Translations under genes and position numbers: made by a program
The notes under the pieces: model-generated
The model's input: only the letters and a program-made list of their open reading frames with translations
Told to the model about the DNA's origin: nothing
The model's database searches: none
In this document: positions 1 to 10,842 of the stretch, one piece after another
Position numbering within the stretch: the stretch's first letter is position 1
Layout: every line of letters starts with the position of its first letter
NCBI RefSeq assembly: GCF_006345805.1
Contig: NW_021836124.1
Coordinates: 1 to 25,661 of the forward strand
Source of the DNA: Octopus sinensis
Taxonomy: Eukaryota
Direction of reading: 5' to 3'
Length of the DNA stretch: 25,661 bases

Positions 1-31
<31 letters not shown>

Positions 32-309
32 ATATATATGCAATATACACCCACCCGTATTAATGTGCAGACGGGCAGATGAGTCGAATTAAGAACAACC
101 GCAGGGATATATTTATAAATAAAATTACATATATTCTAAAATATTTGTCTAGAGTTTGAAATTCCATTCATGCGCTTATCTTTGCATAATATACATACAT
201 GTATATATATATGTGTGTGTGTGTGTGTGTATGATGTAACCACTTGCGGACATCGTAAAAACTTAAACTAATATCACGAGAAAGATAAGATATATTCAAA
301 CAAATTACG

Positions 310-329
310 ATTATTATTATTATTATTAA

Positions 330-393
<64 letters not shown>
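310..393. repeat. (ATT)n microsatellite
   Basis: Near-perfect ATT run; source of the poly-Asn ORF 274..507. Confidence 0.97.
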
Positions 394-396
<3 letters not shown>

Positions 397-796
397 ATAT
401 AGACAGAAATATAAGCTGTAGGTTTCCAACCTTAAACGGTAGTCGACTGAAAGGGAAAGACGATATGCGAAAAATACTTTTGCTTTCTTAAACACGCTGG
501 TTATCATAAAATTGGAAACGATGCGAAGCTAAACGAAACGAAATGGAACGGTTAAGCCGTCGCACTGTATCGGTATTCCTAGGTGTGTAAACATCACACA
601 GATGCTCCATTTCGTACTAAATCTAAGATTTTGCGAACATTTTGAATTTTTATTGATGCTTATGTATAAATAGACATTTTGCGAAATAGACCAGAAGGGA
701 AATTTGGAGATTCTATTGACGAAAGAGCTCTGGAACTTCTGATAAAAGTAGAGTAGTTTGTGATATGTTTAACGTAATATCTCGAAATAAAACCAA

Positions 797-1053
797 GCAG
801 ACGTGGCTATGGGGTAAGAATATTGCTTCCCAGTCACATGGTTTCGGGTTCAGTCCCATTGCGTGGTACCTTGGCCAGGTGTCTTTTATTAAAGCCTCGG
901 GCTGACTAAAGTCTCATGAGTGCATTTGGTAGACGGAAACTGAAAGAAACCCGTCTTATGAAGATTGAAGGCTTCGAATGTCCCGTCCGTGTTTTTTGTA
1001 TCGTCTTCTAAATTATATATATATGTATATAATCGTCGTATATATATATAGAT

Positions 1054-1087
<34 letters not shown>

Positions 1088-1216
1088 ATCGTCGTATATG
1101 TGTGTGTGTGTTTGTGTCATTGTGTCTGTTGGTCCCTGCACCACCTCTTGACAACCAGTGTTGGTGTGTTCACGTCCCTGTAACTTAGCGGTTCAGCAAA
1201 AAGAGATCGATAAAAT
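797..1216 (+). mobile_element. tRNA-derived SINE family A, diverged copy with internal TA/TG microsatellite
   Basis: A-box-like TGGCTATGGGG, B-box GGGTTCAGTCC, GGTACCTTGGCCAGGTGTC core; aligns to the 2041-2411 copy; 3' part present at ~1120-1216. Confidence 0.85.
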
Positions 1217-1757
1217 GTTGAAATTCCAATGAAGCTAGGTTAGAAACCGGCTCTTTATTGGCAAGAAATCTTTAAATAAACTGAATAGTGACTTGCATAC
1301 ACACACCACAAATTTCTGATCTGGTATTGATAAGGCGGTTACGTCGAGGACATTCACCGATGCAGTTGGTGATCGATATTGATCAAGACGTGATATTGAT
1401 GACATTGAATGCGTTTCTGTGTGGTTAAGAATCTTGCTTCCCAACCACTAGATTTCGTGTTGCAAGGTTGCAGAGAGAGAGAGAGAGAGAAAGAGTGGGG
1501 GTGGGGAAGAGTGGTGTTCAGACACACTTTACGATAAAAAAACCCAAAATCTGTTTAAGAGGCAAGAAACGATCGCAAGGAGAGTGAATCAATGGTCATT
1601 AGAGTAATAGCGTGTGTATGTATTTACATGCAGATATATACGTGTTTGTTAGTTTGTTTGTGTGTGCGTGTGCGTGTGAATGCACATGGGTAAACTTGAA
1701 ATCTCCGGCCAAATTGTTTTACGTGCGTGTGCAATATGCATGCATGTAAAATATATG

Positions 1758-1791
<34 letters not shown>

Positions 1792-2040
1792 AATATATAT
1801 ATAGGAGAGAGAGAGAGAGGAGAAGAGAAAGAAAATGTATATATATATACAAGCATATATGTATGTATGTATATATAGATATACATATGTGTGTGTGGTG
1901 TATATACACATATATGAATTATTACATTTATTATGCATATGCATTTATTGTGCATATTTATATCTATATCTATCTATCTATCTATCTATATATAATATAT
2001 ATATATAATATATAATATATATATATACTGTATATATATA

Positions 2041-2411
2041 GGCGCAGGAGTGGCTGTGTGGTAAGTAGCTTGTTTACCAACCACATGATTCCGGGTTCAT
2101 CCCACTGCGTGGCACCTTGGGCAAGTGTCTTCTACTATAGCCTCGGGTCGGTGGATTTGGTAGACGAAAACTGAAAGAAGCCCGTCGTATATATGTATAT
2201 ATATATATATGCGTTGTGGGTGTGTTTGTCCCCCCTAGCATTGCTTGACAACCGATGCTGGTGTGTTTATGTCCCGTTACTTAGCGGTCGGCAAAAGAGA
2301 CCGATAAATAGTACTGGGCTTACAAAGAATAAGTCCCGGGGTCGATTTGCTCGACTAAAGGCGGTGCTCCAGCATGACCGCAATCAAATGACTGAAACAA
2401 GTAAAAGAGTA
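2041..2411 (+). mobile_element. tRNA-derived SINE family A, near full length
   Basis: GGCGCAGGAGTGGCTGTGTGG A box, GGGTTCATCCC B box, CORE-like ACCTTGGGCAAGTG, internal (TA)n, tail ATGACTGAAACAAGTAAAAGAGT; many homologous copies in the window. Confidence 0.92.
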
Positions 2412-2569
2412 TCTCTCCTCTCTCTCTCTCTCTAAATATATATATATATATATATATAATATATATATATATAATAGAGAGAGAGAGAAGAGAGAGAGAT
2501 AGATAGATAGATAGATAGATATTTAGATAGATAGATATATACATATATATACATGCATATATCATGCGT

Positions 2570-3316
2570 ATCACAGTGATATCTGCTACTAGCAGATGGA
2601 GTTTGCTAAAAGTGCTGCTAAATATGTTACATTCTTCGTGAAATCCGACAAGAGAGAATATTTTATGTACAACCAGAGCGACAACATTAACTCCACATCT
2701 GGAAAAATCTTTGCAAAATGTTGACGAATTCACATACCATGGAAGTAAAATCGCCAAGGAAGATCTGTTGCAAGCGACGTTCATGTCGGAATCGGCAAAA
2801 CGTGGAAGCTTTAAATATATTATTACCTGTCTGGAAACCTAAGCTTCCATTAAATTTGAAACACAATTTCTTTCGGGCGGTTGTGCAGCCAATTCAGTTA
2901 TAATGGATGTATAATATGGACTCTAAGCGTTTTGAAGAGAAAAATTGACGGAACTTATACAAGAATATTTCGAGTTGCTGTGGACATCTCCTGGAGAACC
3001 TAGGAGAGAATTTCCCTATAGTAATTTACCACCAATATCGCACGTCATCAGAGAAAGAGGAATAAGATTAGCTGGGCATTGCTGAAGAGCAGAAGATGAA
3101 ATCACCTGTAACGTTCTTCTCTGGGAACCGAAGCATGGGTTTGCAAAATCCTGGTAGACCACATCGAACCTACATAAGGCAACTGAGCAAGGATTCCGAG
3201 TGCACCTGAGAAAACCTTATGGGGGCAATGGCAGATCGAACAGACTGAAGAGAACGAGTTATGCTGATCCAAACAATAAGTACGACCGCGTGATAAGGAT
3301 GATGATGATGATGATG
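2570..3316 (+). mobile_element. Decayed 3' end of an RTE-clade non-LTR retrotransposon (end of RT plus C-terminal domain)
   Basis: Frameshifted translation gives KREYFMYNQ...VDEFTYHGS...LKHNFFRAVVQPI...KIDGTYTRIFR...ISWR...IRLAGHC*R...LLWEPKHG, matching RTE motifs; ends in a (GAT)n tail at 3298-3316. Confidence 0.88.
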
Positions 3317-3317
3317 C

Positions 3318-3320
<3 letters not shown>

Positions 3321-3372
<52 letters not shown>
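3321..3372. repeat. (CA)n microsatellite
   Basis: Direct reading. Confidence 0.97.
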
Positions 3373-3374
<2 letters not shown>

Positions 3375-3552
3375 CGACGACCGCTCGGTTCAAAGTCTCT
3401 CTTGACCAGAAATGGCCCGAACTCTTTGCATGAACACCCTCCCTGTACATAACTCCATGTCCCCCTACATGGCCTTGCTTTTTGCTTTTTGAGCCAAAAA
3501 TTAACTTAACTTAACTTAACACACATTGTTAGAAGCATGGTGTATTATTTAT

Positions 3553-3606
3553 TGGCGGTGCCCCAGCATGGCCACAGGCTAATGACTGAAACAAGTAAAA
3601 GAAAAG
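3553..3606 (+). mobile_element. SINE family A 3' tail fragment
   Basis: GGCGGTGCCCCAGCATGGCCAC...ATGACTGAAACAAGTAAAAG matches 2359-2408. Confidence 0.8.
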
Positions 3607-3613
3607 ATATATA

Positions 3614-3849
3614 CAGAGTGGCCCAAAAGTAGGTTAACAGTTATTCAACTATCTCTTTCGCATCCATACATTAACGATTTAGATTTTAATTATGAAAAAA
3701 TATGAAACCATTATTCTATGCTAATTTAGTTTAATTTTGTCAAGCTCCCTTTTCAGTTTGTAAGATAGAAATTTAAATGTGATAAAATGTTTTAAAAGAA
3801 ATTTAAAGTGCCTACGTAATAACCGCAAACCTACTTTAGTGTCACCCTG
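3614..3849. mobile_element. Tc1/mariner-type MITE (236 bp)
   Basis: Imperfect 22-bp TIRs CAGAGTGGCCCAAAAGTAGGTT and revcomp CAGGGTGACACTAAAGTAGGTT, each flanked by TA (3612-3613, 3850-3851). Confidence 0.75.
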
Positions 3850-4060
3850 TACATACAACTTCATACACACACACACACACCTACATACATTGTTTTATAT
3901 GTATAAATATATATATATGCATATATATGTGTGCGTGTATGTATGCATGTATGATGTATGTATTTCTATGTATATATTATGTATGTATGTGTGTATATAT
4001 ATATATATAATATAATATATATTTATTATATATATAATATATATATATAGATATATTATA

Positions 4061-4267
4061 CCGGAGTAAACACATAAATGTGAAACAAGGTGGAAAAAAG
4101 AGTACTCAAATACCAGTGGTAGAGTAATATGCTTTATTTTAAGCAGCAGAAAATTCAACAAAATCTGTACTCTGAGTTTCTCGTTGCCGTTCATCAGACA
4201 GTTTTGGCACGAGAAACTCAGAGTAACAGATTTTGTTGAATTTTCTGCTGCTTAAAATAAAGTATAT
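4061..4267 (-). mobile_element. Penelope-like terminal-repeat fragment (family G) with inverted partial copy
   Basis: 4061-4205 matches 13627-13770 in opposite orientation; 4127-4184 and 4209-4267 are inverted repeats; carries a hammerhead motif. Confidence 0.7.
4161..4205 (-). ncRNA. Minimal type-I hammerhead motif (slightly decayed)
   Basis: Minus strand AAAACTGT CTGATGA ACG-GCAA-CGA GAAA CTC-A-GAG TA CAGATTT; one A short at the cleavage site relative to the other copies. Confidence 0.65.
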
Positions 4268-4277
4268 AATATATATA

Positions 4278-4499
4278 TATTTTACTGCTCACAAGGGGCT
4301 GAACATAGAGAGGACAGACAAAGGGATTAAGTCGATTACATCGACACCAGTGCGTATCTGGTACTTAATTTATCGACCCCCCGAAAGGATGAAAGGCAAA
4401 GTCGACCTCGGCGGAATTTGAACTCAGAACACAGAGACAGACGAAATACCAATAAGCATTTCGCCCAGCGTGCTGACATTTCTGCCAGCTCGCTGCCTT
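4278..4499 (-). mobile_element. tRNA-derived SINE family C
   Basis: Revcomp AAGGCAGCGAGCTGGCAGAA...GAGTTCAAATTCCGCCGAGGTCGACTTTGCCTTTCATCCTTTCGGGG; matches 8727-8955. Confidence 0.9.
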
Positions 4500-4732
4500 A
4501 ATGTATGTATATATATATATAATGTGTGTGTGTGTGTGTGTATTTATATGCCTGTATGAGTGTGTGTATGTATATGTATGTATGTATGTGTGTTATTTCG
4601 GTGTATTGGAAAGACTGAACTATCGCATCGTTTCATCTCTTCATTTCCTTCCAGTAACTCAAGCTTTTCTCAGTCGTTTATTCCGATGTAGCTTTTATCT
4701 TCTCTGGAGTTGGCCCAACCGTCAACCAACTC

Positions 4733-4830
4733 AACCACCACCATCCACCATCCATCTCCACCATCATCTCCACCACCACCACCACCATCATCTCCACCAC
4801 CACCACCATCATCGCCACCACCGCCACCGG
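4733..4830. repeat. Degenerate (CAC/CAT)n repeat
   Basis: Direct reading; gives poly-His, poly-Pro and poly-Gly ORFs. Confidence 0.9.
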
Positions 4831-5398
4831 CTACTACATTCATGGCATCAGTCATCTCTTTCCCTCCTCTCCATACAGTGACCACCCTCACTAAACATCC
4901 ACCATGACATTATGCATTCTTTCCTGCAGATTGCTTTTGATGTTTACCGCGTAAAACAGTGTGTGTGTGTATGTGTATTTGTGTGTGAGTGTGTATGCAT
5001 ATATGTTTGTGTATGTATGTGTATATATTTGTATGTATGTATGTGCATGAATGCTGGCATGCATATATATATATATATATATATATATGTACGCGTGTGT
5101 GTACATATGAACATATGCATGTATGTAATGCATGTATGTATATACAAAATGTATGCACATATAGACGTATAAATATATTATATATGTATCTAAGCATGCA
5201 CCTTTATATCTATGTATGACATATATACGTACGTATGCGTGTACGAATGAATGTATATATGTATCTTCGAACCTATCTATGGATCAATATATGAATAAAT
5301 ATTCATATTTGCATAGACCTGTTATACATATATATTCAGATGAATATAGCACCAGAATTTAGCATGGTATTATCCATACAATTTAAAATAAGGTGATT

Positions 5399-5699
5399 AT
5401 AACTAAAATAAGCAACAAGGATATCCAGAGGTAATGCAGTACGATCGTTTACGACTGTGTTGTTACAACTGTGATGTTGTTGGTAAAACATGTTCTTTGT
5501 CTATCTCCTTATCCTCTTGGAGATTTTGGATAAAATTATACTTACGTGTCCTTCAAATTTAATTAAATTCTATGTTTTTTGTGCAACTGAAGATTGCTCT
5601 ACATTTTAAATTGATGTAATGTTTGCATTGTTCAATTAAATGGAATCGCATGAAACGATCGTACTGCATTACCTCCGATATTTTTAATGCTTATTTTGG

Positions 5700-5703
<4 letters not shown>
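5399..5703 (+). mobile_element. Penelope-like terminal-repeat remnant with inverted 3' segment at its 5' side
   Basis: 5399-5450 is an imperfect inverted copy of 5653-5703; hammerhead motif at 5582-5668. Confidence 0.55.
5582..5668 (+). ncRNA. Hammerhead motif with 58-nt stem II
   Basis: TGCAA CTGAAGA [5594-5651 hairpin] GAAA CGATCG TA CTGCA; palindromic stem III ACGATCGT, GUA triplet at 5661-5663. Confidence 0.65.
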
Positions 5704-5737
<34 letters not shown>

Positions 5738-5740
<3 letters not shown>

Positions 5741-6057
5741 CACTCCGTAGGTTACATGACGAGGGTCCCAGCTCGTGAAATTAACGTGCAAGTTGCTGAG
5801 CATTCCACAGACACGTGTACCCATAACGTAGTTCTCTGGGAGATTCAGCGTGGCACTGAGTGTGACAAGTACAACAGAAACAGAAAGGAGGAATTTGAGA
5901 AAGTTGGGGTGAAAGAGTACAGCAGGGTTCGCCACCACCCACTGCCGGAGCCTCGTGGAACTTTAGGTGTTTTCGCTCAATAAACACTCACAACGCGCGG
6001 TTTGGGAATCGAAACCGCGAGTCCGCTGCCCTAACCACTCGGCCATTGCGCCCCCAC
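5738..6057 (-). mobile_element. tRNA-derived SINE family D (tail type 2), internally deleted
   Basis: Aligns with 20775-21160. Confidence 0.9.
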
Positions 6058-6164
6058 ATGTATATATGCAACTAGGTAATCATGTACACATTTCAGTAAG
6101 CAATGTAAGTAGACCCTACCCTGACTAAAACTCCATCTTTTACTTATTAAACGTAATAAAAAGT

Positions 6165-6346
6165 CTTTTTACTAAAGGCACAAGGCCCGACATTTTGGAG
6201 GTTTCACTGGTACTTAATTTATCGACCCCGAAAGGATCAAAGTCAAAGTCGACCTCGGCGGAATTTGAACCCAGAACTTGAAGACAGACTAAGTACCGCA
6301 AAGCGTTTCTTCCGGTGTGCTAACGATTCTGTCAGCTCGCCACCTT
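6165..6346 (-). mobile_element. SINE family C with alternative tail
   Basis: Family C head and centre; tail GGCCTTGTGCCTTTAGTAAAAAG; possible TSD TTAAACGT(A/T)AT at 6147-6157 and 6348-6358. Confidence 0.85.
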
Positions 6347-6713
6347 TTTAAACGTTATGATAAATGATACCAGATATTATTTTAATGACTGAGTTTTCGC
6401 CATATTCTTCAGTAAATTTTGGTATTTGGCAGGCGCAGTTACCGCTACATTTCAAGCTAATTTATAGCCTGGCCTAATGACCTCTCAGCCGCTTGGCCTT
6501 AATGAGTCATTTGCTTTTATGCCTTTCTTTCTTTCTTTCTTTCTTTCTCTCTCTCTCTCTCCCGCTTTCACTTCCACGTGTTCGTTTTGATTGAGCTGTG
6601 GCGATGTTCTGACTTCGTTGATGCGATGCTTTGTCTTCTATTTGTGCAGTCTGCGACGCTTGATCATTTGCATGACGAGGAGGAGTGTTTCGACCTTCAA
6701 ATCGATTGTTATA

Positions 6714-6817
6714 TTTACGGAAGGATACTGATGAGGCGAAATGCGTGATTGCATTATATATCTACTTGTTAAGTAATTATATCAGCATTTTGATGAAACA
6801 CGCATATGTCCTGTAAA
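6714..6817 (+). ncRNA. Decayed hammerhead motif with 60-nt stem II
   Basis: AGGATA CTGATGA(6728-6734) [6735-6794, CGAAATGC pairs GCATTTTG] GAAA CACGCAT A TGTCCT; stem I extends via TTTAC/GTAAA. Confidence 0.55.
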
Positions 6818-7531
6818 GCTTTGCACACCACGTCTGTTTTTTGGTATATTATCTTTCTCTCACCGCCTCTCTCGCTCTATGTACATATTTTTGTGCGTGT
6901 GTGTATACATATGTGTGAGTGTGTGTATATTATATATATATATATATATGCGTGTGTGTGTATATATCTCTGCGTATGTTGTGTGTGTGTGAGAGAGAGA
7001 GGGAGAGAGATTGCTACTGTGTTTGCCTTAAGTGAGAGGTAATTTTAAAAACTTAGTGACTTTCCTCTTTGTGTATTAAATAACAATATAATGAATATGT
7101 ATGTGTGCACGTACACACACACCACACACACATGCGCGTATATATATACATACACGCACACACACACACATATATATATAATATACATATACATACACAC
7201 ACATATATAATATACATATACGTTCACACATACATACGGACATAAAATACCACACAATATAAATTTTTGATTTATTGCAATCTTTTCAGTTTCTATAGAA
7301 TTTATAATACTTGGACCTATTGAAGGAAGAGCAGAACATGTTTATGGACTAATTTGCATAAATAAAATGAAAGTGAATCTCGAGAAATAACCTGGCGTAG
7401 CCAGTAGCATCTTTAAGCTCATTTTCTTTTCTTATATGTAAATTACCTACGCCGTAAATTTATTCTAAATTTCTCTTTTGTTTTTGTATTTGTCTAAGTG
7501 TGCTCTTTGCTGGAGAGTACGCTCGACAACT

Positions 7532-7576
7532 GCTGTGCTGATGATGCTTGTTGAGGCAGAAACGTATATCGACAGC
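7532..7576 (+). ncRNA. Decayed minimal hammerhead motif
   Basis: GCTGTG CTGATGA TGCTT-GTTG-AGGCA GAAA CGTATAT C GACAGC; stems I and II pair, stem III is a broken palindrome. Confidence 0.62.
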
Positions 7577-7989
7577 TATCCCCTTACTTCAAGAAACTGC
7601 GACTATTTTTATTTGTTTCGTTTAATGGCGCGTCCATTTTAGAGGATTTTTTTTATTTCTTGAGGTTGTTTTCCCTTATCATTTGGCATTGGTCTCAGCT
7701 GCCGCCAAGCTGTTCTACCTTCGCTCGAAGCGAGGATAATAATGTTGCATTATAAATATACTCATTTTCGTCATGGCTTTTCAATCACATTCTATTGGAA
7801 TTCTCTGGGTTATTTATTTTCCGAAATTTTGACTTAATCAAAATGTGTGTGTGTGTGTATTACTTATGGACCATCTTCTATGCAGCTTTGTGTTGGACGG
7901 TTTGACAGGTTTTGACGAGCCAGAGGGTTGCATCAAGCTCCAATATCAACTCTTGCATCACTGACATAGGGAATGCAGAGTATATATAT

Positions 7990-8248
7990 TTCATTTTTGG
8001 ATTTGGTTTGCAATATTCTTGATGTGAGTTCGTGTGTTGAAGCATATTTTGTTGTGTCTGGTTAGAGTCATTCCCTTTTAGTGCCTTATTATTTAATACA
8101 CTCACCGGTAAAATTTCCACTCATTTAACTTATTTATTTTCCCTAAAATTTTCGTTGTGTCTTGCAATCTTTTCAATAGTCTTGACTCTGTCCGTTATCC
8201 GTGAAAAGGTTGCAAAACGCAATGAAAATTTTAGGAAAAACAAATAAG
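7990..8248 (-). mobile_element. Probable Penelope-like terminal fragment with fold-back and variant hammerhead-like motif
   Basis: 8129-8175 and 8202-8248 are 47-bp inverted repeats; minus strand CTA TTGAAAA G ATTGC-AAGAC-ACAAC GAAA ATT T TAG at 8143-8179. Left boundary approximate. Confidence 0.45.
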
Positions 8249-8304
8249 ACTCTTCCCACACACAACAATATATATATGTGTGTGTGTGTGTGTGTGAAGA
8301 CGTA

Positions 8305-8606
8305 TGGCTCATGAGGTAGTGGGTTTGCTTCCTGGACCCGGCTATGTGTTGTGTTCTTGAGCAAGACACTTTATTTCACGTTGCTCCAGTTCACTCAGCT
8401 GTAGAAATTAGTTGCGACATCACTGGTACCAAGCTGTATCTGCTGTTGCCTTTGCCTTGGATAACATCGGTGTTGTGCAGAGTGGAGGCTGGTATACATG
8501 GGTGACTGCTGGTCTTCTATAAACAATCTTGCCCGGACTTGTACTTCAGGGGTTAACTTTCTAGGTGCAATCCCATGGTCATTCACGACCAAAGTGGGAT
8601 CTTTAC
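8305..8606 (+). mobile_element. SINE family E (V-domain-like), 5'-truncated
   Basis: GTGTTGTGTTCTTGAGCAAGACACTTTATTTCAC; aligns with 18188-18518 and 14255-14569. Confidence 0.88.
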
Positions 8607-8726
8607 TTTTATGTGTGTTAGTGTGTGCTTAAAGAGGACTGTATAAAAATATAGATATCCACATAGGCACACACGCGCTCGCGTGCGCACGTGCGCACAG
8701 ATGTTTACCAGAAAATATTTTTGCTT

Positions 8727-9330
8727 AAGGCGGCGAAACGTTAGCACGCCGGGCGAAATGCTTAGCAGTATTTCGTTGCTGCTACGTTCTGAGTTCAAAT
8801 TCCGCCGAGGTCGACTTTGCCTTTTATCCTTTCGGGGTCGATAAATTAAGTACCAGTTATGCACTAGGGTCGATGTAATCGACTTAATTCCTTTGTCTTT
8901 CCTTGTTTGTCCTCTCTGTGTTTAGCCCCTTGTGTGTAGTAAAGAAATAGAAATAGGTATTTCGCCTGCCGTTACGTTCTGAGTTCAAATTCCGCCGAGG
9001 TCGACTTTGCCTTTCAGCCTTTCGAGGTCGATAAATTAAGTAGCAGTTATGCAGTGGAGTCGATGTAATCGACTTAATCCGTATGTCTATCCTTGTTGTC
9101 CCCTCTGTGTGTAGCCCCTTGTGGGTTGCAAAGAAATAGAAATAGGTATTTCGTCTGCCATTACGTTCTGAGTTCAAATTCCGCCGAGGTTGACTTCGCT
9201 TTTCATCCTTTCGGGGTCGATAAATTAAGTACCAGTTACGCACTGGGGTCGATGCAATCGACTTAATCTCTTTGTCTTTCCTTGTTTGTCCCCTCTATGT
9301 TTAGCCCCTTGTGGGCAATAAAGAAATAAG
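8727..9330 (+). mobile_element. Head-to-tail trimer of SINE family C (189-bp period) inside one TSD
   Basis: Units start at 8727, 8956 and 9145; 13-bp direct repeat AAATATTTTTGCT at 8713-8725 and 9332-9344. Confidence 0.92.
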
Positions 9331-9343
9331 GAAATATTTTTGC

Positions 9344-9381
9344 TCTCCAAAATAGTTTTACACATTGTCCTCATCAGGAGA
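9344..9381 (-). ncRNA. Heavily decayed hammerhead-like motif
   Basis: Minus strand TCTC CTGATGA GGAC-AAT-GTGT AAAA CTATTTTG GAGA; GAAA box and stems II/III are damaged. Confidence 0.25.
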
Positions 9382-10006
9382 CGGTCTTTTGTTTACAATA
9401 TTTCTCTGCTGTTACTGCCTGGCCTCACAAAATATAATTTGCTCAAAGCACGTAGAGTGTTTATATACATATGTGCACGTATGCATACATATGCACATAT
9501 GTGTGTTGGCATACATATACAGAAGCAGTTTTGAGGGAAACTGGTAGCAAGCTGGTGGTGCTGCTGCCGCTCCTACTGCTGGTGTTGGTAGAGGTGCTTG
9601 CGGTCTACGTCAATTAAGAAGCATAGGGCGAAGTTGATGAGTTTTGGTTAAGTTGGTATGCCTTGGGGACAATGAGGAATTTCACTCTTTGGGACTGGCA
9701 TTTCGTCTCTCACACGAAACGTGAGTCCCACTACGCCAGATTCCTTCATCTCTCTTAGGAGGTTCACAGATTAATTATTTAAAAAGCAGAACCAAAAAAT
9801 TATTTCAAAGTTGCGTAAAATTTGCAGAAAATGTAGAGGATTGTGTTAAAAAGAAGGAGAAGAGAAAGTAAAAGAAAAACGAAAAAGTTCACAAAAAGCC
9901 TCTGTATTCCTCTCGAGATATCCCTCGTATATGCGTATATATATAAATACATACATAGATGCATATATAAATAAACACTCCGCCGCCCACCACAAATATA
10001 TATGCA

Positions 10007-10088
<82 letters not shown>

Positions 10089-10140
10089 ACTAACTAACTG
10101 TCTATCTGTCTGTCTGTCTATCTATCTATATGTCTGCCTG

Positions 10141-10188
<48 letters not shown>

Positions 10189-10208
10189 ACTAACTGTCTA
10201 TCTGTCTA

Positions 10209-10284
<76 letters not shown>

Positions 10285-10305
10285 ATCTATCTATCTATCT
10301 ATCTA
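10007..10305. repeat. (TATC)n / (TGTC)n tetranucleotide microsatellite with higher-order duplication
   Basis: Direct reading; the TAACTAACTGTCTATCTGTC interruption occurs twice. Confidence 0.97.
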
Positions 10306-10842
10306 CGTATATTTACGACAACTGAGTTCTTGTTCCACCCATGGCTGACTCTGCGTAGTTTTCTGTGTTGTTTACTTTGTAAAACAGCAAAGGAGAGGGT
10401 TGCTAACACATCGCCATCTACCAACATTTTCCCCATCCACATCTTTACCATATTGGACCCTAACAAAACCCCGTAAATAGGTATAAATTCAAGTCTATTT
10501 AATTACTCGTCTCCTTCTAAAATCCGGCATAACTTGGCGATCGGTCGACTTCCAACACCGTTCTTCGTCTTGAGTTAACTTAGTAGAGTGTTTGTTACTA
10601 ATAGATTGGTTGTTTTTAACATATTCACGAATGTTATATTGGGCTTTGCGTCTAAGCATAATCTGAGAGCTGAACGGCATCTTTCCTTCTACACTTGTTG
10701 AACAATGCTTCAACGGTCTGCGGTTTCTGTCACTAACAACAACTTTTGTTTACTTGACAAGGTCGAGGTAGAGCTCTGATTGGCTGTATGCAAATGAGTT
10801 CATTACTGGGGTCTGGAAATTTCGTGGGGAGAAAAAAATTTC

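Noticed and set aside
1217-1295. CCAATGAAG...GAAACCGGCTC, possible variant ribozyme repeat
   Set aside because: Core deviates at invariant positions and stem I cannot be identified.
3081-3110. CTGAAGA...GAAA within the RTE fragment
   Set aside because: No stems; explained by the coding remnant.
4501-4907. Poly-His, extensin-like Pro/Ser and Gly-rich ORFs
   Set aside because: Translations of a (CAC)n repeat with no domain or splice support.
6378-6420. Minus-strand CTGAAGA...GAAAACTCAGTC
   Set aside because: Neither stem I nor stem II pairs.
8727-9330. CRISPR-like or tRNA gene array
   Set aside because: Units are SINE copies with no unique spacers; heads do not form complete cloverleaves.
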